Shown piece by piece: positions 1-12,801 of a DNA stretch of 64,000 nucleotides. How positions within the stretch are numbered: the first letter of the stretch is position 1; each line of letters starts with the position of its first letter. Below the pieces are notes generated by a model. That model worked only from the letters and a program-made list of their open reading frames with translations. It ran no database searches and was not told the origin of the DNA. The position numbers and the translations under genes are program-made. The stretch covers positions 398,244 through 462,243 of the forward strand of contig CDMY01000366.1 in the NCBI GenBank assembly GCA_001179505.1, given 5' to 3'. The DNA comes from Vitrella brassicaformis CCMP3155 (taxonomy: Eukaryota > Protista > Chromerida).

Positions 1-1787
1 TTGTTGAACCTGGCTGCCGTGTAGCCGGCAAAGAAGCCCATGAACGTAAACAGCACCAACATGGCCTGAAGCAGAACCACACGACACATAAATCGACACA
101 TACGGCGCTTCTGTGCTCTCGCATTGACAGACCTGCAAGAGGCCGCCTCTGTGTGCGGGTGAGAGCAGGCCGAGTGCCGCGAAGACGAGCGTGACGCAGG
201 TCATGCCGAGGATCTGCACGCCCGATCCGGTGCACACGGCCAGCATCTGGTAGTAGGGGGGCCGCCGGAACACGTCACCGTGCACCAACTTCCAACCCGA
301 CTCCTCCTGGGCCTCCTCCAGCGAGTCTACCATCTAAAACACAGACAGACACACGCCATCGTGCATCAGGTGTGGATGTGTGTGTGTGTGTCTGTGGTCG
401 TGCGTCTACCTCGTTGTATTTGGCGATATCCCTTAGGAGAGTTCGCAGGAGGATCATGGCGACCATGCCGGAGAGGAAGAGGACGACCATGAGGGAGTTG
501 ATGATGGAGAACCAGTGGATCTGGCTGTCAGTCATCTTCAGGTACATGTCCCAACGAGACGCCCACTTGACGGGGGACGGCTGCACACAGACACAGACAC
601 GGACGCCAACCCACCGACAGCAAGACTCATGCATGCCACGTGCGACAACGGGTGCTTTCTTGTAGTGTGGCTAGCTGGTGCTGACCTCCCATCTGACGTC
701 ATAGGTGAAGACCACCGAGTCGGCCTTCTCCACATTCAATGTGGGACCTGCGCACACACACACACACACACACATGCGCGCACACACACACATAACAGAC
801 ACACGCAACGCCGGTCACGGCACCACCGCACAGCCAGCCCTTCCCACTGCTCACCGCTGCACGAGTAGGTGGGGTTGGTCTCGTCGGCAGACACCGGATG
901 CTCAATACTGCACACACACGATCAGCCCATGTAAGCACACACCACGAGACCTTCCTTCCCTCCCTCTCCCTGGCCCGCCTCACCTGACGGGCTCGACTTC
1001 GAATCCGACAATCCTGGCAGCCTCGGTGCCGCCGGTGTCACTGCGGCTGTGGTACTTGAACGTCATGCGCACGTGGTTGTGCAGCACGTAGGCGCCCTGC
1101 AGCGGCTGGCCGACCGGGAAACCCGCCAGGTAGCCCGTCTGGTCGCCCGCCTTGTACTTCATAGCCGCGGGAAGGTTGTCCACTATCCTGAATGGATGCG
1201 GGTGGGGGAGGCGGGGTGTGTGAACGCATCGACACACATCCGTTGTGCGTGTGTGTGCGGACTGACCAGTTGACGTAGTATTCGTCGTCGATCATGGTTT
1301 TGAAGAGGTCCTTTTCCTTCTTCTTGAGATCCTTCTTGCACAGCACCTTGCACTCCACTGGCATGAGCATCTCAATCTGCATGATACACACACACATCCA
1401 CAGAGAGATGCACACATGTCGTCCAGATCAACGCTCACCTCATACGGCGAGTTTTCGATGACATCTCCCTGTAGGATCTCGCCCAGGTTCTCTGCCTCGT
1501 TCTTGATGTCCTCGGGCGTGCAGAAGGGCAGATGGTAGTACTTGTACGGCAGCTGCGTCTTGACGCTCGTCAGCTTGTTCACTTTCAGCTTCACAGGAGC
1601 TCCCCGCTCGTAATCCTTCACGCCACACACAAAGGCACAGCATTGGTGAGTGTGCCAACCCCTGCCTGCCTATCGGTGTCTTTCTCACCCGTGGCGCCAC
1701 TCCTGGCAGGTACCAGCCATCCACCAGGTGTGTCAGGATTCCCAGGGCGACGAGCAGGGCTACCGACAGTCGAGTGGTCGTCAGCAT
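1..1787 (-). CDS. TM9SF: Transmembrane 9 superfamily (nonaspanin/EMP70) protein, multi-exon, 3' end outside window
   Basis: ATG at 1787 gives signal peptide [32 protein letters not shown]. Spliced exons read [124 protein letters not shown]. These are hallmark TM9SF motifs. Confidence 0.95.
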
Positions 1788-2055
1788 CTTGACACGAGAT
1801 GCGTTGCGTTGGCGCAAGCTGGCGACGCGCGTGGGACTCTCCGTCGAGAGCGCGGGCAGGAAGGTGAGCCCTGACCGTTGACCAAGGAGGCGCAACCAAA
1901 CGCTCTTTCCTTCACAAAAACGGCTCAGGAGCCCCTGATAGGCTGATCCCTGAGCTATATACTGAGGTTTCAGACTTCACTGCCCCCTCAGCATGCAAGC
2001 TCGCAGCCCCCAGGGCCCCCGAGACGGGACACGCGTCAAAACAGCTATCGTCAGG
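1788..2055. promoter_or_regulatory. Putative bidirectional promoter between TM9SF and the RCC1 gene; AGCTCGCA (TGCGAGCT reverse complement) at 1998-2005
   Basis: Divergent start codons ~270 bp apart; the same octamer occurs in other divergent spacers. Confidence 0.5.
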
Positions 2056-5000
2056 ATGCGTCGTATGCGCCTGATAGAGCCGTCCTCCAAGGGCATCGAG
2101 GTCTCAAAGCGGAGGCTGGTGGTGGTGCAGGGCGGCGCCCCCCTGGTGGACTTCTACCACATCTCTCTCAGCACCAAGCCCGAGTCGCCCGTGGTGATCT
2201 CCATCAGAGCCAACCTAGGCGCCGTGGCCGTGCGGCCAGACACATTGCAGTTCAAACCCAACGACTACCACCAGCCGAGGCAAGTGGTCGTCCTCACCGA
2301 CAGTGTCGCATCTGCCAGCCAGAGGGGCTGCGGGGGGGCGGGGGGCGGCGGCGCCTCAGAAGAGATCGATCTCCTGCACTACGTCACATCTCAGAGCGAG
2401 GATCTGGACTCCCTCTTCTTCAAGTCGATTGTCTATGTGGTGGAGAGCGGCGCTGGGGCTGATCTGCTCAAGTCCTTCGGCCATGATGAGTCCCACCAGC
2501 TGGGGAGAGGGGGCAAAGCCGTTCCGAAAGGGGGCGGTGTCGGCTCGCCACAGCCCGTGCGAGGGTTGCCGGTGAAGGGCGGCGTTGCGCAACTTGCAGG
2601 AGGTGTCGGCCACAGCTGTGCGGTGATGACGGACGGCACGGTCTACGCTTGGGGGGATGGTTCGAGGGGGCAGACGGGACTGCTGGCAAGCAAACCTCCG
2701 CCAGCTGGGTACAAAGCCGGCGGCCAAGCGCCAAATGGAGGTGGAGAAGGGGAGGAAGAATATACGTTGGTGGCTCCTGCGCCGAGTCTTGTCAACGCGC
2801 TCGAGAGGGAGTTTGTGGTGCAGGTGGCATGCGGGGCCGCACACACCCTCGTGCTCACCGTTGAGGGCAAGGTCTTCGCCTTTGGCCACGCAGCACACGG
2901 CCGCCTCGGCCTTCCCGCGTCCCGGCTGCCCCTGATTGAGCGGCAACCGGCAGGAGACATCCCCTTCTCACATCCGGCAACACCACATCGGCACTCGAAG
3001 CTCACCCTGACACTGCCTCATGGAGCATCAGCTGTCACAATGACGGACCCCAGCCCAGCGTCTGCCGGCCGGCAGTCGTTTGTCCACCAGGCGTCTATTC
3101 TGTCGGGCATAGATGTGCTCGGAACAGAAAGAAAAAGATCTATTGCGGCCCAGTCTGGTGTGGAGGAGAGGGAGAGGGGAGGCGAGAGGGGCAAGGATGC
3201 CCTGGATGACGTCTATGTGTGGAAGCCGACCCTGATTCCTGATCTTCATGACGTCACGCATATCTCATGTGGCAAGGCCTTCTCGGCATGCATCGGTACA
3301 GCAATTGAAGCAGAGAGAAAGTGAGAGGGATACAAGCTTATCGCGCCTGTCTCTATTTTCACAGGGATGAACAGAGCGCTATACACGTGGGGCGAGGGGG
3401 CCTCAGGCGCACTCGGCACTGGCGACTGCAAAGACTACTGGACGCCACAGTGTGCCAAGGGACCAAAGAGAGGATTTCTGCAGGTGGCCTGCGGCCGCTT
3501 TCATTTGGTGGCTCTGAGTGTTTCGGGAGAGGTATACTCAACTGGCGCCGCTGAGGAGGGTCGCCTGGGCCTGGGCGACGTCAAACAGCGCAGAATGCTT
3601 ACCAAGTGACGGTCACACACACACTCACACAGAGGGAGACCTCTGTGTGCACACCAGCACGTGTGTGTCCAGGGTGTGGCGGATCCCCCTGTGTCGGCTG
3701 ATAGCGTCCGGTGGTGCCCACAGCGGAGCGATAGACGAGGAGCTGAATGTGTGGGTGTGGGGCAGCAACAACTGCGGACAGCTCGGCGTGAGCGACAAGT
3801 GCGACCACCCCAACATTCACAATCAGTGCGTGCCCAGGAAGCTGGAGTTCTTCAAAGTAAGTTTATGCCAAGGAGAAAGAGGCACTAGCTCTATGCCAAG
3901 GAGAAAGAGGCACCGGCTCAATCCCATACGTGTGTCTCAGGGCAAGGGCGTGTGCTCCCTCTCGTTCGGTGCCTCACACAGCTGTGCCCTGACGTTGTTC
4001 GGTCTGCTGTACACCTGGGGCAGCCACGAGTGGGGGCAACTGGGCCATCCATTCAGACCTGACAGACCAGAGAACCAGGTTAAAAGAGATGCACGGACAG
4101 CAGCTGATTGACTCTTTCATGTCCTGTCTCATTTCATGTAGGTCCAGCCTCAGCTTGTTGAGGACTTGCTGCTCCAGCCGGTCGTGCAGGTGGCTGCCTG
4201 CGAGTCACACACATTTGTCGCATCGGCATTCGTCCACACCAATATCAACAAGCCGAAATTCGACGTACGCTGACATCTAAAGGTTGCTGCGACATTGAGT
4301 ACCGTTCCACCTCTTTGTATGGATAGGCGTGGAAGGCAAAGGTCCGGGCGGCTGATGAGGCGCACCGACGTTCTGCGGATGTGGACTTCCGTGACTTGCT
4401 CGAGGACGAAAGGAGACATGAGGTAATAACGGCGCGCAGTGCTATTGAACCCCAATCATGCCTTCTTTTGGTCGCTTTGCCTGCTAGGCCAAGATCGCGT
4501 CGATCCGCTTCTCAACCAAGTACGACAGATGGCTGCGAGGCAAGGAGACCTTCAGACAAAGGTGAGCGGGAGTCGCTCCCACGTCAAGCACTTGAATGGC
4601 ACACTCTCATTTCCACTGCAGGCAGCGCATGCGTCAGGATGCCGCGCGCGAGATGAAGGAGCAGGACGCAGAGAAGGCCGCCTCGCCCCCATCTTCCGCC
4701 CTGCCCCGTCCCCTCCGCGCATTGCTGCCTCCCCCGTCTCGCGAATCGGCCGGCTCTTACGGAGGGGTGAGGGCCATACTGCAGGAGCTCAAGCCGCCGC
4801 ACTTCAAGGTTCCCGCCCCACTTGCACTTTCGCTGCGTCCGTTTTGGGATCTCACCGACGAGCCCGATGCATCCATCCTCATGGATGCCGGCGTCAAGGG
4901 CATGCACGAGATGCCTCCGTCGGCCTCTGCGTCCTCTCATCCCGTGTCGCGAGGCCGCTTCCCGCCGTCAAGCAGCGGCAGAGCCCCTGACGTGACAGAA

Positions 5001-5887
5001 GACGAGAGCACGGAACAGGGCAAGCACAAGAGGAGAGAATGCGCTTTGGTTTGGTCTGTGTCACATTCATTTGGTGCATTGATATTCAGGCGCCGGCTCG
5101 AAAACGGATGAAGGCTCTGCGCCCGATGACTTTGAAGGCGACATGCTCAGAGATGCCTTTGGTGGTGAGCTGCCCACCATCCCTCGCTGTCGTATCAGGG
5201 GCGGCAGGCCTGTGGGCCCACAGGGCGGCCTCGAGGAGGCGACCGCTGGCCGTGAGGTGACTTTGTTCGACATGCCGCAGAAAAGCTCCTACAGCACTCT
5301 TCTCGTCGGTTTCATGAGGCCGTCAGAAGTCGTGAGGGTCAGCAGAGAAAAGTAGCCACACATGTCTCCATCGAGAGGTCGTCTTTGCCACTGCAGGCGT
5401 CTGCCGCTGGGTTTCACTTGTCGAATCTGAGCTCGGTGCTGGCACCTCCGAGGCGGGCAAGCCACCATGCCCATCATCAGCTGTCTCAGCTGCAGACACT
5501 AGAGGTAACCACACGAAAAGGAGCGAGCGACTTGTGGTGACCACACACCTCGATGTTGTCTGTCTGTTTCAGTTGTACAATATCCCGCCCGCATTGATGT
5601 CCGGCCCTGATAATGTCATGCGAGTCGATGACCGGCGCAAAGGGGACGTGAAGCGGCCGTCGACACAGATCACAAAGCTGGCTGTGCCCACAGGAGAGAA
5701 CGCCCTATCCACAACTGAATCTGCCGCTTCTTCTGCGGCTTCCTCGGCGGAGAGGTACGCCGATGATGGTCCTGGTCTGTGGAGGGACGACGAGGAAAAA
5801 GACCTGTGGGCACTGCAGTGCAAGACACCATACGTGTCGTTCTTCGGGCAAGCTTTTGACTCCTATGAGGGGGCGGGGCCGTGGTGA
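2056..5887 (+). CDS. RCC1/BLIP-II repeat protein with N-terminal Ig-like segment and low-complexity C-terminus, multi-exon
   Basis: Repeated RCC1 blades: LAGGVGHSCAVMTDGTVYAWGDGSRGQTG, VACGAAHTLVLTVEGKVFAFGHAAHGRLG, ISCGKAFSACI, VACGRFHLVALSVSGEVYSTGAAEEGRLG, IASGGAHSGAIDEELNVWVWGSNNCGQLG, LSFGASHSCALTLFGLLYTWGSHEWGQLG. ORF is open from 1993, but 2056 is the preferred start. Joining of the 4.3-5.9 kb exons is inferred from GT-AG-bounded segments. Confidence 0.8.
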
Positions 5888-5972
5888 TGGAAGGCTCATC
5901 GATTCATTCATTAGTGCACTCATTCACAGACGTGTCTCATGGCTGAATACGTATACACGATCGATCGATCAT

Positions 5973-6098
5973 GTATGTGTGTCTGTGTGTGTGTCTGTGT
6001 GTGTGTCTGTGTGTCTGTGTGTGTGTCTGTGTGTGTGTCTGTGTCTGTGTGTGTGTCTGTGTGTGTGTCTGTGTGTGTGTGTGTGTCTGTGTGTGTGT
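5973..6098. repeat. Compound (TG)n/(TGTGTC)n microsatellite
   Basis: ~125 bp of TG dinucleotides interspersed with TC, seen directly. Confidence 0.95.
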
Positions 6099-6199
6099 CG
6101 AGTATACGTACACGAATGCTGTTCCCTGTACAAGCGTGCTTTTATGCCCTGAGCAGCTGTCCTTTCTTCCACTGATGTTGCCTGACTGATGTTTGTATC

Positions 6200-7319
6200 A
6201 TGACTCGGGTCAAGACCACAAGACGGCTGCTCGAGGGTCCGAATGCAGAGAAGCAGGTGCGCACTCTAGATCTGTGTCTCGTGTGCTTGTCCCATTCTGC
6301 TTGATTCTGCTTTTGCTGTAGGCGGTGCTCCGTCGCTGCGGCAAGCCCAACCGACTGATTCTTCAGAAGAATGCTTCTCTGTTTGCTCGGGCTGTCAACA
6401 TCGGCCGCACTTTTCTACGCGTGACCACTGGCGGGCTGCTGTGTGCAGACCACAACACCAACAATCAGCAGCGTCGTGTCAGCTGTTCGGCTCAGCAAGC
6501 ACAGCACGACGTGAGTGATAGAATGGGTCACAGACACTCAGAAAAGCGACCAATCACTCAATCATGCACTGCGTCTGTGTGTAGGATGATGGTGAGGATT
6601 TGATCACATTCGACGGCTCCCCGACGCAGTCACACCACCACCACCTCCCAGCAGCAGCAGCAGCACCCAGCCACTCCCGCCGTATCGACATTCACTCTCT
6701 GCGTCTCTCTCAACACACACGCGGCACTCGCTTGTCGGGTCGTCTGCTCTTCAGCCCCTCATCTGTCAGCTCGCGTGCGTTCCACAGTGCCCAATCCAAC
6801 CAGTCGTGGTTCGATGAGTGCATGGGCGAGGGAGCGACAGAGGGCGAGGGGGCGGCCGAGGGAGACGAGGGCTCTGCTGACGAGGACAAGGGCGACTCGT
6901 GTCGCCTCTGCTGGGCTCGGCTGACCGAAGAGGCGTTTCACTGGTGCGCATCGATCATGTGCGTGTCCATCTGTGTGTTGTGTTGTGTTGCGTTGTGTTG
7001 TGTTGTGTACAGGACGGAGGACACAACTCTGTTCACGCTCGAGTGCGGCCACACCTTCCACACAGCCTGCCTCAAGGAGAAGACATGTGAGTGTGGCTGG
7101 CTGACATATACACGCCCTTCGCTCATGAATGTCTCTGTGTGTGTATTGTCCCCTTTCCAGCCCGTCGCGAGACCATGAGACGCCAGCTGTGTGACGTGTG
7201 CTATGCGCCCATCTCGGCCACAGACAAACTCACCATCGCCAAGCAATTCAAACAAGTCGACAAGGCAGTAAGCAGACCCCACGTGCACTGTTTCTCACCT
7301 GCACCTCAGATCGAAGGGG

Positions 7320-7355
<36 letters not shown>

Positions 7356-7389
7356 GGCTCGAGCGAAGCACAAGAGGCCGCCCAAGTGA
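6200..7389 (+). CDS. RING-H2-type zinc finger protein (putative E3 ligase), multi-exon
   Basis: Spliced CRLCWARL...TLECGHTFHTACLKEK...CDVCYAPI fits C-x2-C...C-x-H-x2-H-x2-C...C-x2-C. Start MTRVKTTRRLLEGPNAEKQ at 6200; last exon and stop approximate. Confidence 0.75.
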
Positions 7390-7564
7390 TGAGGAGTGTG
7401 TCCATCCATGGCACATCGCACCGATACATGACATACAAACCTGACAGAACGCGTCTGTGACATTCGTGAAGTGTGCGTCCGACTGAAGTGTGTGCGCATG
7501 GATCTGTCTGGTTGAGGGGTCATGACGCGACGACTCCCCACCTTGATATTGTCGTCGAGATTAG

Positions 7565-7592
7565 GAGACAAACCCTAAGAGACAAACCCTAA
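7565..7592 (+). repeat. Direct repeat GAGACAAACCCTA x2 (telo-box-like AAACCCTA) just upstream of ATG 7633
   Basis: Sequence gagacaaaccctaa gagacaaaccctaa. Confidence 0.7.
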
Positions 7593-7632
7593 ACATAAAT
7601 TGAATTCCGCAGCAGCTCTTGCCGCTGCCGCC

Positions 7633-9314
7633 ATGTCGGTGCGTGAGAGCGGGGAGGTGCCTGAGGACCCGGCAGCCGTCCTTCTGGACCCTCGACAGCG
7701 TGCGCTGAGGGCCGAGGAGGCCGACAAAGCGCAGAAGGGCCTGGCCGCTGAAGCTGCCCATCTCAAGGAACAGAGGAACGCCGCACTGCGTCAAGTGGAC
7801 AGTCTGCACGAGCATCTCAAGGCCATGAGGGAGCCCAGAAGCGCCTGGCCGCTGAGGCTGCCCATCTCAAGAAACAGAGGAACGCCGCAGAGCAGCAGCT
7901 GCGTGGCTCAAGAAACCGTGGGTGAGTGAATGGCCACGCCAGGCTTTCACTATTAATTGCCTGTGTGTCACACGTGTCAGGACCTGAAGACCAAGTGTGA
8001 CACACAGGAGCATCGCAACAATGACCTCACGCACGCACTCTCAGTCAAGGAACGGGACCTCAGCACAACAGCCGACGAGCAGCGCCAAGCGCTGTGTGTC
8101 GTGTCAGTACGTGTCAGCGCTTATCGACCGTAATGCCGTGCAGGAGGCCGCCACTCGGGAGAAACGGTTGGCCGAGGAGGAGGTGCAGCGAAGCACCGCC
8201 AGCACACAGGTACGTCCCTCCCCATCACTCACCTCCCGTCACTCACCTCACAATACATACTTACAATGAATAAGCAGCCCAGCCCCCTAAATTGATAGTG
8301 TCTTGTGTCTGGCTGGCGATTTTGTTTCATCTTTCTAGGCGGAGGTCTCTCGCTTGCAGAACCTGCTGAAAGAGGCGCAGGAGGTCAGCCAGTCAGTCAG
8401 TCAGCGCCCCCGGTCTCCCTCATGTACATTTGTTGTGTCAGGAGGGAGGCCGAGATGGACCGAAATGCCGCCACCCAGGCAGCCCGCCCCCTCCTGCCAG
8501 TGGCCTCGCCGACCCCCACGGCCACCCCCAGCCCCACCAGCCCCGCCACCACAGTGGTCCTCGAGGACATGCTGGCCCAGGCTGTTGCCGCCGGCATCGC
8601 ACCAACGCTGGAGGTAGGACTGCACCGTCACCATGCAGACAGGAACACGCTTTGATGGATGCGTGTGTGATTGGTTTTTCCGTTCATCCATCAGGAGCTC
8701 AAGGAGCGCAAGCGCGCGGCCTGAGGGAATATCTGGGCACCCTGCAGCCAGCCGCCACCCCCCCGCCACCCCCCCGCCAGACCGAGGCGCTCAGAAGGCA
8801 CCATCAGGGTGAGTGAGTCTATGTGGACGCCTACGCCGAAGGACACATGTGTGTGTGCCTGTTGTGTGTGTCAGGTGATCTGCCCTCAGTACCCTTCAGC
8901 GGCGACGAGCCTCTGGACTCGCTGCCGACGAGACCCAGACGGAGGCCCATCCTGCACGCACTACGGTCGTCGTTCATCTCATCTGTCCGTCGTGCTGTGC
9001 TGTGCGTCACCAGATCGCCTGAACTCATGTTTGATCTCCTGCCTGCCTGTGAACGAGCCTCGTGTGTGCAGATCGCTGTCTCCATTTTATATCCGTATGT
9101 TCCTGCAACCATCGATTCCGCGCAATGTCCGGCAGGTGCACGAGGGGCTGCGACCCTTGCCGATAGGGAGAGGGGGGCTGTGCTGCCTGCCTGCCGGCCG
9201 GCCTGTCTGTCTCTCTCTCTCCCCCATTATTCCCCCATCCATCGCTGCCTGCATTTTATATCTGACGTTTGTGTGATCCGTTTGCGATGCCTGTCTCCTC
9301 GACAGATGACTTGA
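7633..9314 (+). CDS. Coiled-coil hypothetical protein, multi-exon, with an apparent 1-nt frameshift in exon 1
   Basis: gccgccATG at 7633. Heptad-rich exons AEEADKAQKGLAAEAAHLKEQRNAALRQV, EAATREKRLAEEEVQRS, AEVSRLQNLLKEAQE, ELKERKR, flanked by GT-AG introns. 3' exons uncertain. Confidence 0.6.
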
Positions 9315-9514
9315 GTGGCCGACAAACAAAGACGTGCAGTTTGATGAATAAATGCATATACTATGAAACGCTGTGTGCCGGACGAGTCATACGTTCATCA
9401 AATGCGCGTGCGTGTTGAATTTGGTCACCAAACACACGCACACACGCACACACATACATACATACATACATACATACATACACTCACACAGGAAGTGTGG
9501 CCGTCTCCGCTCAT

Positions 9515-10323
9515 CTACTGAAGGTCCAATATGTGCTGCACCCTGCAGTCGGAACAGACAGCCCACCACATGCAACCATGTGCTGGATTGAGGACTCATG
9601 TCTCTCACATTTTGTTGACGTCAGCATACGGTATCGCGCCGCTGCCCTGCTTGACCTGCAGATACTTGAACGCATCATCAACCTCACCCTCCTGCAACAC
9701 ACCAGCACACAACACACACACCAAAGATCCACCCACCCACCGCTTTCCGTCCATGCCTCCTCCTCCTGTCCACCGTCATTCTGTCGCCACACGTCGTGAG
9801 TGCCGTCATCAACATATTGGCATCGATGACGCCACCCTGCGACTCATCCAACACCTGAAAGCAACGGAGTCAATGACACCAGCAGGTCGTGGAGGTGCCG
9901 GTTATCACCCTGAACGCGCGCATGAGGTTCGACTCGTCCTTCGCTACGGGCGATCCATCCCCGGCCGCATAGTACTCCGCCGCGATGGCCATAAACTCCG
10001 TCTTAGTCACCTCCCTGCCACGCAACCCTGCTCCCCCAACACCCCCCCAACAGCCCCAAGAGCCTCACTTCAACTCGCATGGAGCATCCGTTGACATTCA
10101 CCTGTCATCTTGTCCTTCATTTCCTCCTCCGTGAAGCACTGCCCGAGGGCCCGCAGGCAGTTGGGAACCTCAGCGATGGATATCTTGCCAGATTTGGCCC
10201 TGTCGTAGAAGCAGAACACCTCATCCACCTCACGCCTCTGAAGGCCTCGAAAGGACACAACCAGAGAGCGTAAACGACCGAGCGAGTCCTCACGCATACC
10301 TGAGAGGCTGTCAAGGCCTCCAT
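9515..10323 (-). CDS. Calmodulin-like / myosin light chain-like EF-hand protein
   Basis: Spliced MEALTASQ|RREVDEVFCFYDRAKSGKISIAEVPNCLRALGQCFTEEEMKDKMTG|...NLMRAFR|VLDESQGGVIDANMLMTALTTCGDRMT|EGEVDDAFKYLQ...IPYADVNK|MVQHILDLQ*. Four-EF-hand layout with degenerate loops. Confidence 0.85.
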
Positions 10324-10554
10324 TCTGGCCCCGGAAAGAGGGATCGCCTTTGCGAGCTATTCCTTTTTGCGAGCTAGGCGCGCGGGTCCTCCTCCCTCCC
10401 TCTTTCCTCCTCCCCTTTCCTTTTTCTTTCGCCCGCTCGGCGTTCAGTGCGTTCGCCACCCCCACACCATCCTCAGTGGCGCATTTCATCAAGCTTGTGT
10501 CCCCCTCGGGCTGGCCCTTACCCGCAGTCTTTTCTCAGCTGATCAAGAGGAGCC
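10324..10554. promoter_or_regulatory. Putative bidirectional promoter with two TTTGCGAGCTA copies (TGCGAGCT at 10351 and 10368)
   Basis: Divergent ATGs at 10323 (-) and 10555 (+); tandem motif seen directly. Confidence 0.6.
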
Positions 10555-11882
10555 ATGGGTATCCTTTCGCCTCTCCGCGTGTCTGGCGGTCTTCCCGGCC
10601 TGAAGGGTGACCATGATCATCCCCTGGCTGACGATGCGAGTGAGATCAGCATGGACGACTACTACTCCGCCGTCAGCCAGATCTCCCCGCAGGACAGCGA
10701 CTCTTCTGATGGCGAGCGAAGCACTGAGGGGACAGGTACACACAGACAAGGATGCCGCACCCTTGTCTGTGTGTACCTGTCTTTCTTTGCTGTAACATGC
10801 CACACAGATGGGCGAGTGCCTTCGTCGGCGGTCACGACCGCGTCGTCCGCTACCTCGCCGGGGCCGTCACCCCGGGCACAGCAGTTCCGAAAGCTGGTGG
10901 GTCACAAATCAGATGGATGCACCAACCAAGGCTCGCTGCACGCAACGAACGGGTATGTACGTGCGCATGGGTCCGTGCCTGTCTTCCAGGCGTTTGCCAA
11001 GCGCGAGAAGCTGCTGGAGTTTGCTTTCGGCGAGGAGGGATGGAAAGACTGCGGCAAGCTAGAGGGCGTCCAGGTAAACAGAGAAGCACGGCGGGCAGAG
11101 GACGGCTCATTGACCGTCCCTCCTGTGGCTTGTGTGTTGATTGGTACGTCAGCTCGGTCGCAAGGACTTTCCCTCGGGCCCCTCGGCAGTGCGCGGCCGC
11201 CTCAACTTCGGCAAGGCGTACACAGCCAACCAGGTGGCCGACTACGTGAGCATGCTGGACACGAAGCACGAATGGGACAGCATGTTCGACAAGGGTGAGC
11301 AGGCAAAACAAAAAAGAGTAGCAGGAAATAGGCGGATGTTGCTGACTGATGGTCTTGTCCTGTGCCTGCTGCTTCATTCAGGTAGCGTGCTGCACTCGTT
11401 CGGCGAGGGGCTGTCGGTGGTGCACCAGGTGTACAAGCCCCAGATGGGCACCGCTGGCCGCGACTTCGTGGCGCTGGAGCATCGTTATGAGGACCCCACC
11501 ACCGGCAGAGTGACCATCACCAACGCCTCCATCGACTGGAGTAAACCTGCTGTCCCTGGCCTCGTCCGAGGTGATATCCTTGTAAGCAGCACCACGGGAG
11601 TAGGCCATCCCATTGATGCTCTGAGGTTCGTGTGTGTGTGTGTGTGTGTGTGTGTGTCTGACGCAGGTTGCTGGGCTGGTGCTGCAGCCGCTGGCTGACG
11701 GCACTCTGGAGGCGACGTACATCAACCGCGTGGATGTCAAGGGCAACGTGCCACACTTTGTGGTGCGGATGGTGCAGACCAAACAGCCCACGACTCTCAA
11801 ACAAGCCAAGAACATCCTCGACAAGCGCGGCCTCCCACACAGCGTCTCGGCACCGGCTTCCCACAGGTTGCGTGTTGCTTGA
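10555..11882 (+). CDS. START-domain lipid-binding protein
   Basis: Exons EEGWKDCGKLEGVQ, VRGRLNF...EWDSMFDKG, VVHQVYKPQMGTAGRDFVALEHRYED...SIDWSKPAVPGLVRGDI, GLVLQPLADGTLEATYINRVDVKGNVPHFVV. RDFV, VRG and D-x-KG-x-VP are START signatures. Confidence 0.88.
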
Positions 11883-12801
11883 GAGGGAGGGGAGAGGCTC
11901 AGTGTATGCCTTCTTTGTCAAAGTGGCTCAGTGCGGAGCCGCCGCATTATTTGAGTCAATCGCTGTCTAGTCGGTGCTCGGCTCGGCCCTTCGGGCCTCA
12001 CTTTCGCAGATGAGCTGTGTGGCTGTGAAGCCCAGGTTGCGTTGCATTCGTGACCTAGTTGGTGCGATTGTTTGTGACAGATGTATGCGGTCTGTGTGCG
12101 TGTTGCGTGGTGTCTTTCGTGACAACATGTGAGTGCGCCATTCGCCCCCCTGCTTTTTTTGCTGTCTGGCATTTATCCCCCCATTCATAGTGTAGTGAGT
12201 GAGGCTCTTTGCGATGCAGTAAGTGGCCTGCCTGCATGGTCTTCGATCGGTCGGTCGATCAGCGTCGGCGGGCATCTGTCTACACAGTGCCCTCACGCCT
12301 GGCTGGCCGCTGGTTGATCGGGCCTCCTTCTCTCGGCTGATTTGTTCTTTCTGATCGCCTTTTGCTGTGCTTGCGGTGCATCATGCCTGCTGCGTTTCTG
12401 TGTGCGTGTGTTCATCAACCTGGTCTGTGGATTTTGCTTGACCACGTGCCTGCTATTGCCTGAATCAGTTGTGCTGACCGCGTAGACGCTTTCTTCTGAC
12501 AACCTGAGCATGCTGGCGTAGACACGACATGAGGCAGGCAGGCTGGACGCATCCGTAGGTTGTCCTCTATGTGTGAGTGGACCCTTCAGTGAATCAATGC
12601 AAGTGATGTACGTATCTACATTGCTCTGCGTGCGACGAAGAGCACGCATCCAGCTGTGTGTGTTTGTCATCTTTTCAGATTGCTGCCTGCGCCGTCGACC
12701 AAACATACATGAAAAAGTCGTTCAATCGTCAAATCAGGCGCACGCGCGCAATCAGGCGCACGACGCGTAAAGAGAACCCATCAGCGCGCCCGTCCTCATC
12801 C

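Noticed and set aside
1993-2055. Longer RCC1 start at 1993
   Set aside because: The promoter octamer lies at 1998-2005, so 2056 is preferred. Not decisive without TSS data.
5939-6189. ORFs of VC/HT repeats such as MCVCVCV...
   Set aside because: These are translations of (TG)n microsatellites. The same applies to most short CVCV/THTH ORFs in the track.
12732-12762. AATCAGGCGCACG direct repeat x2
   Set aside because: Short, isolated, not seen elsewhere in the window, and located in a 3' flank.
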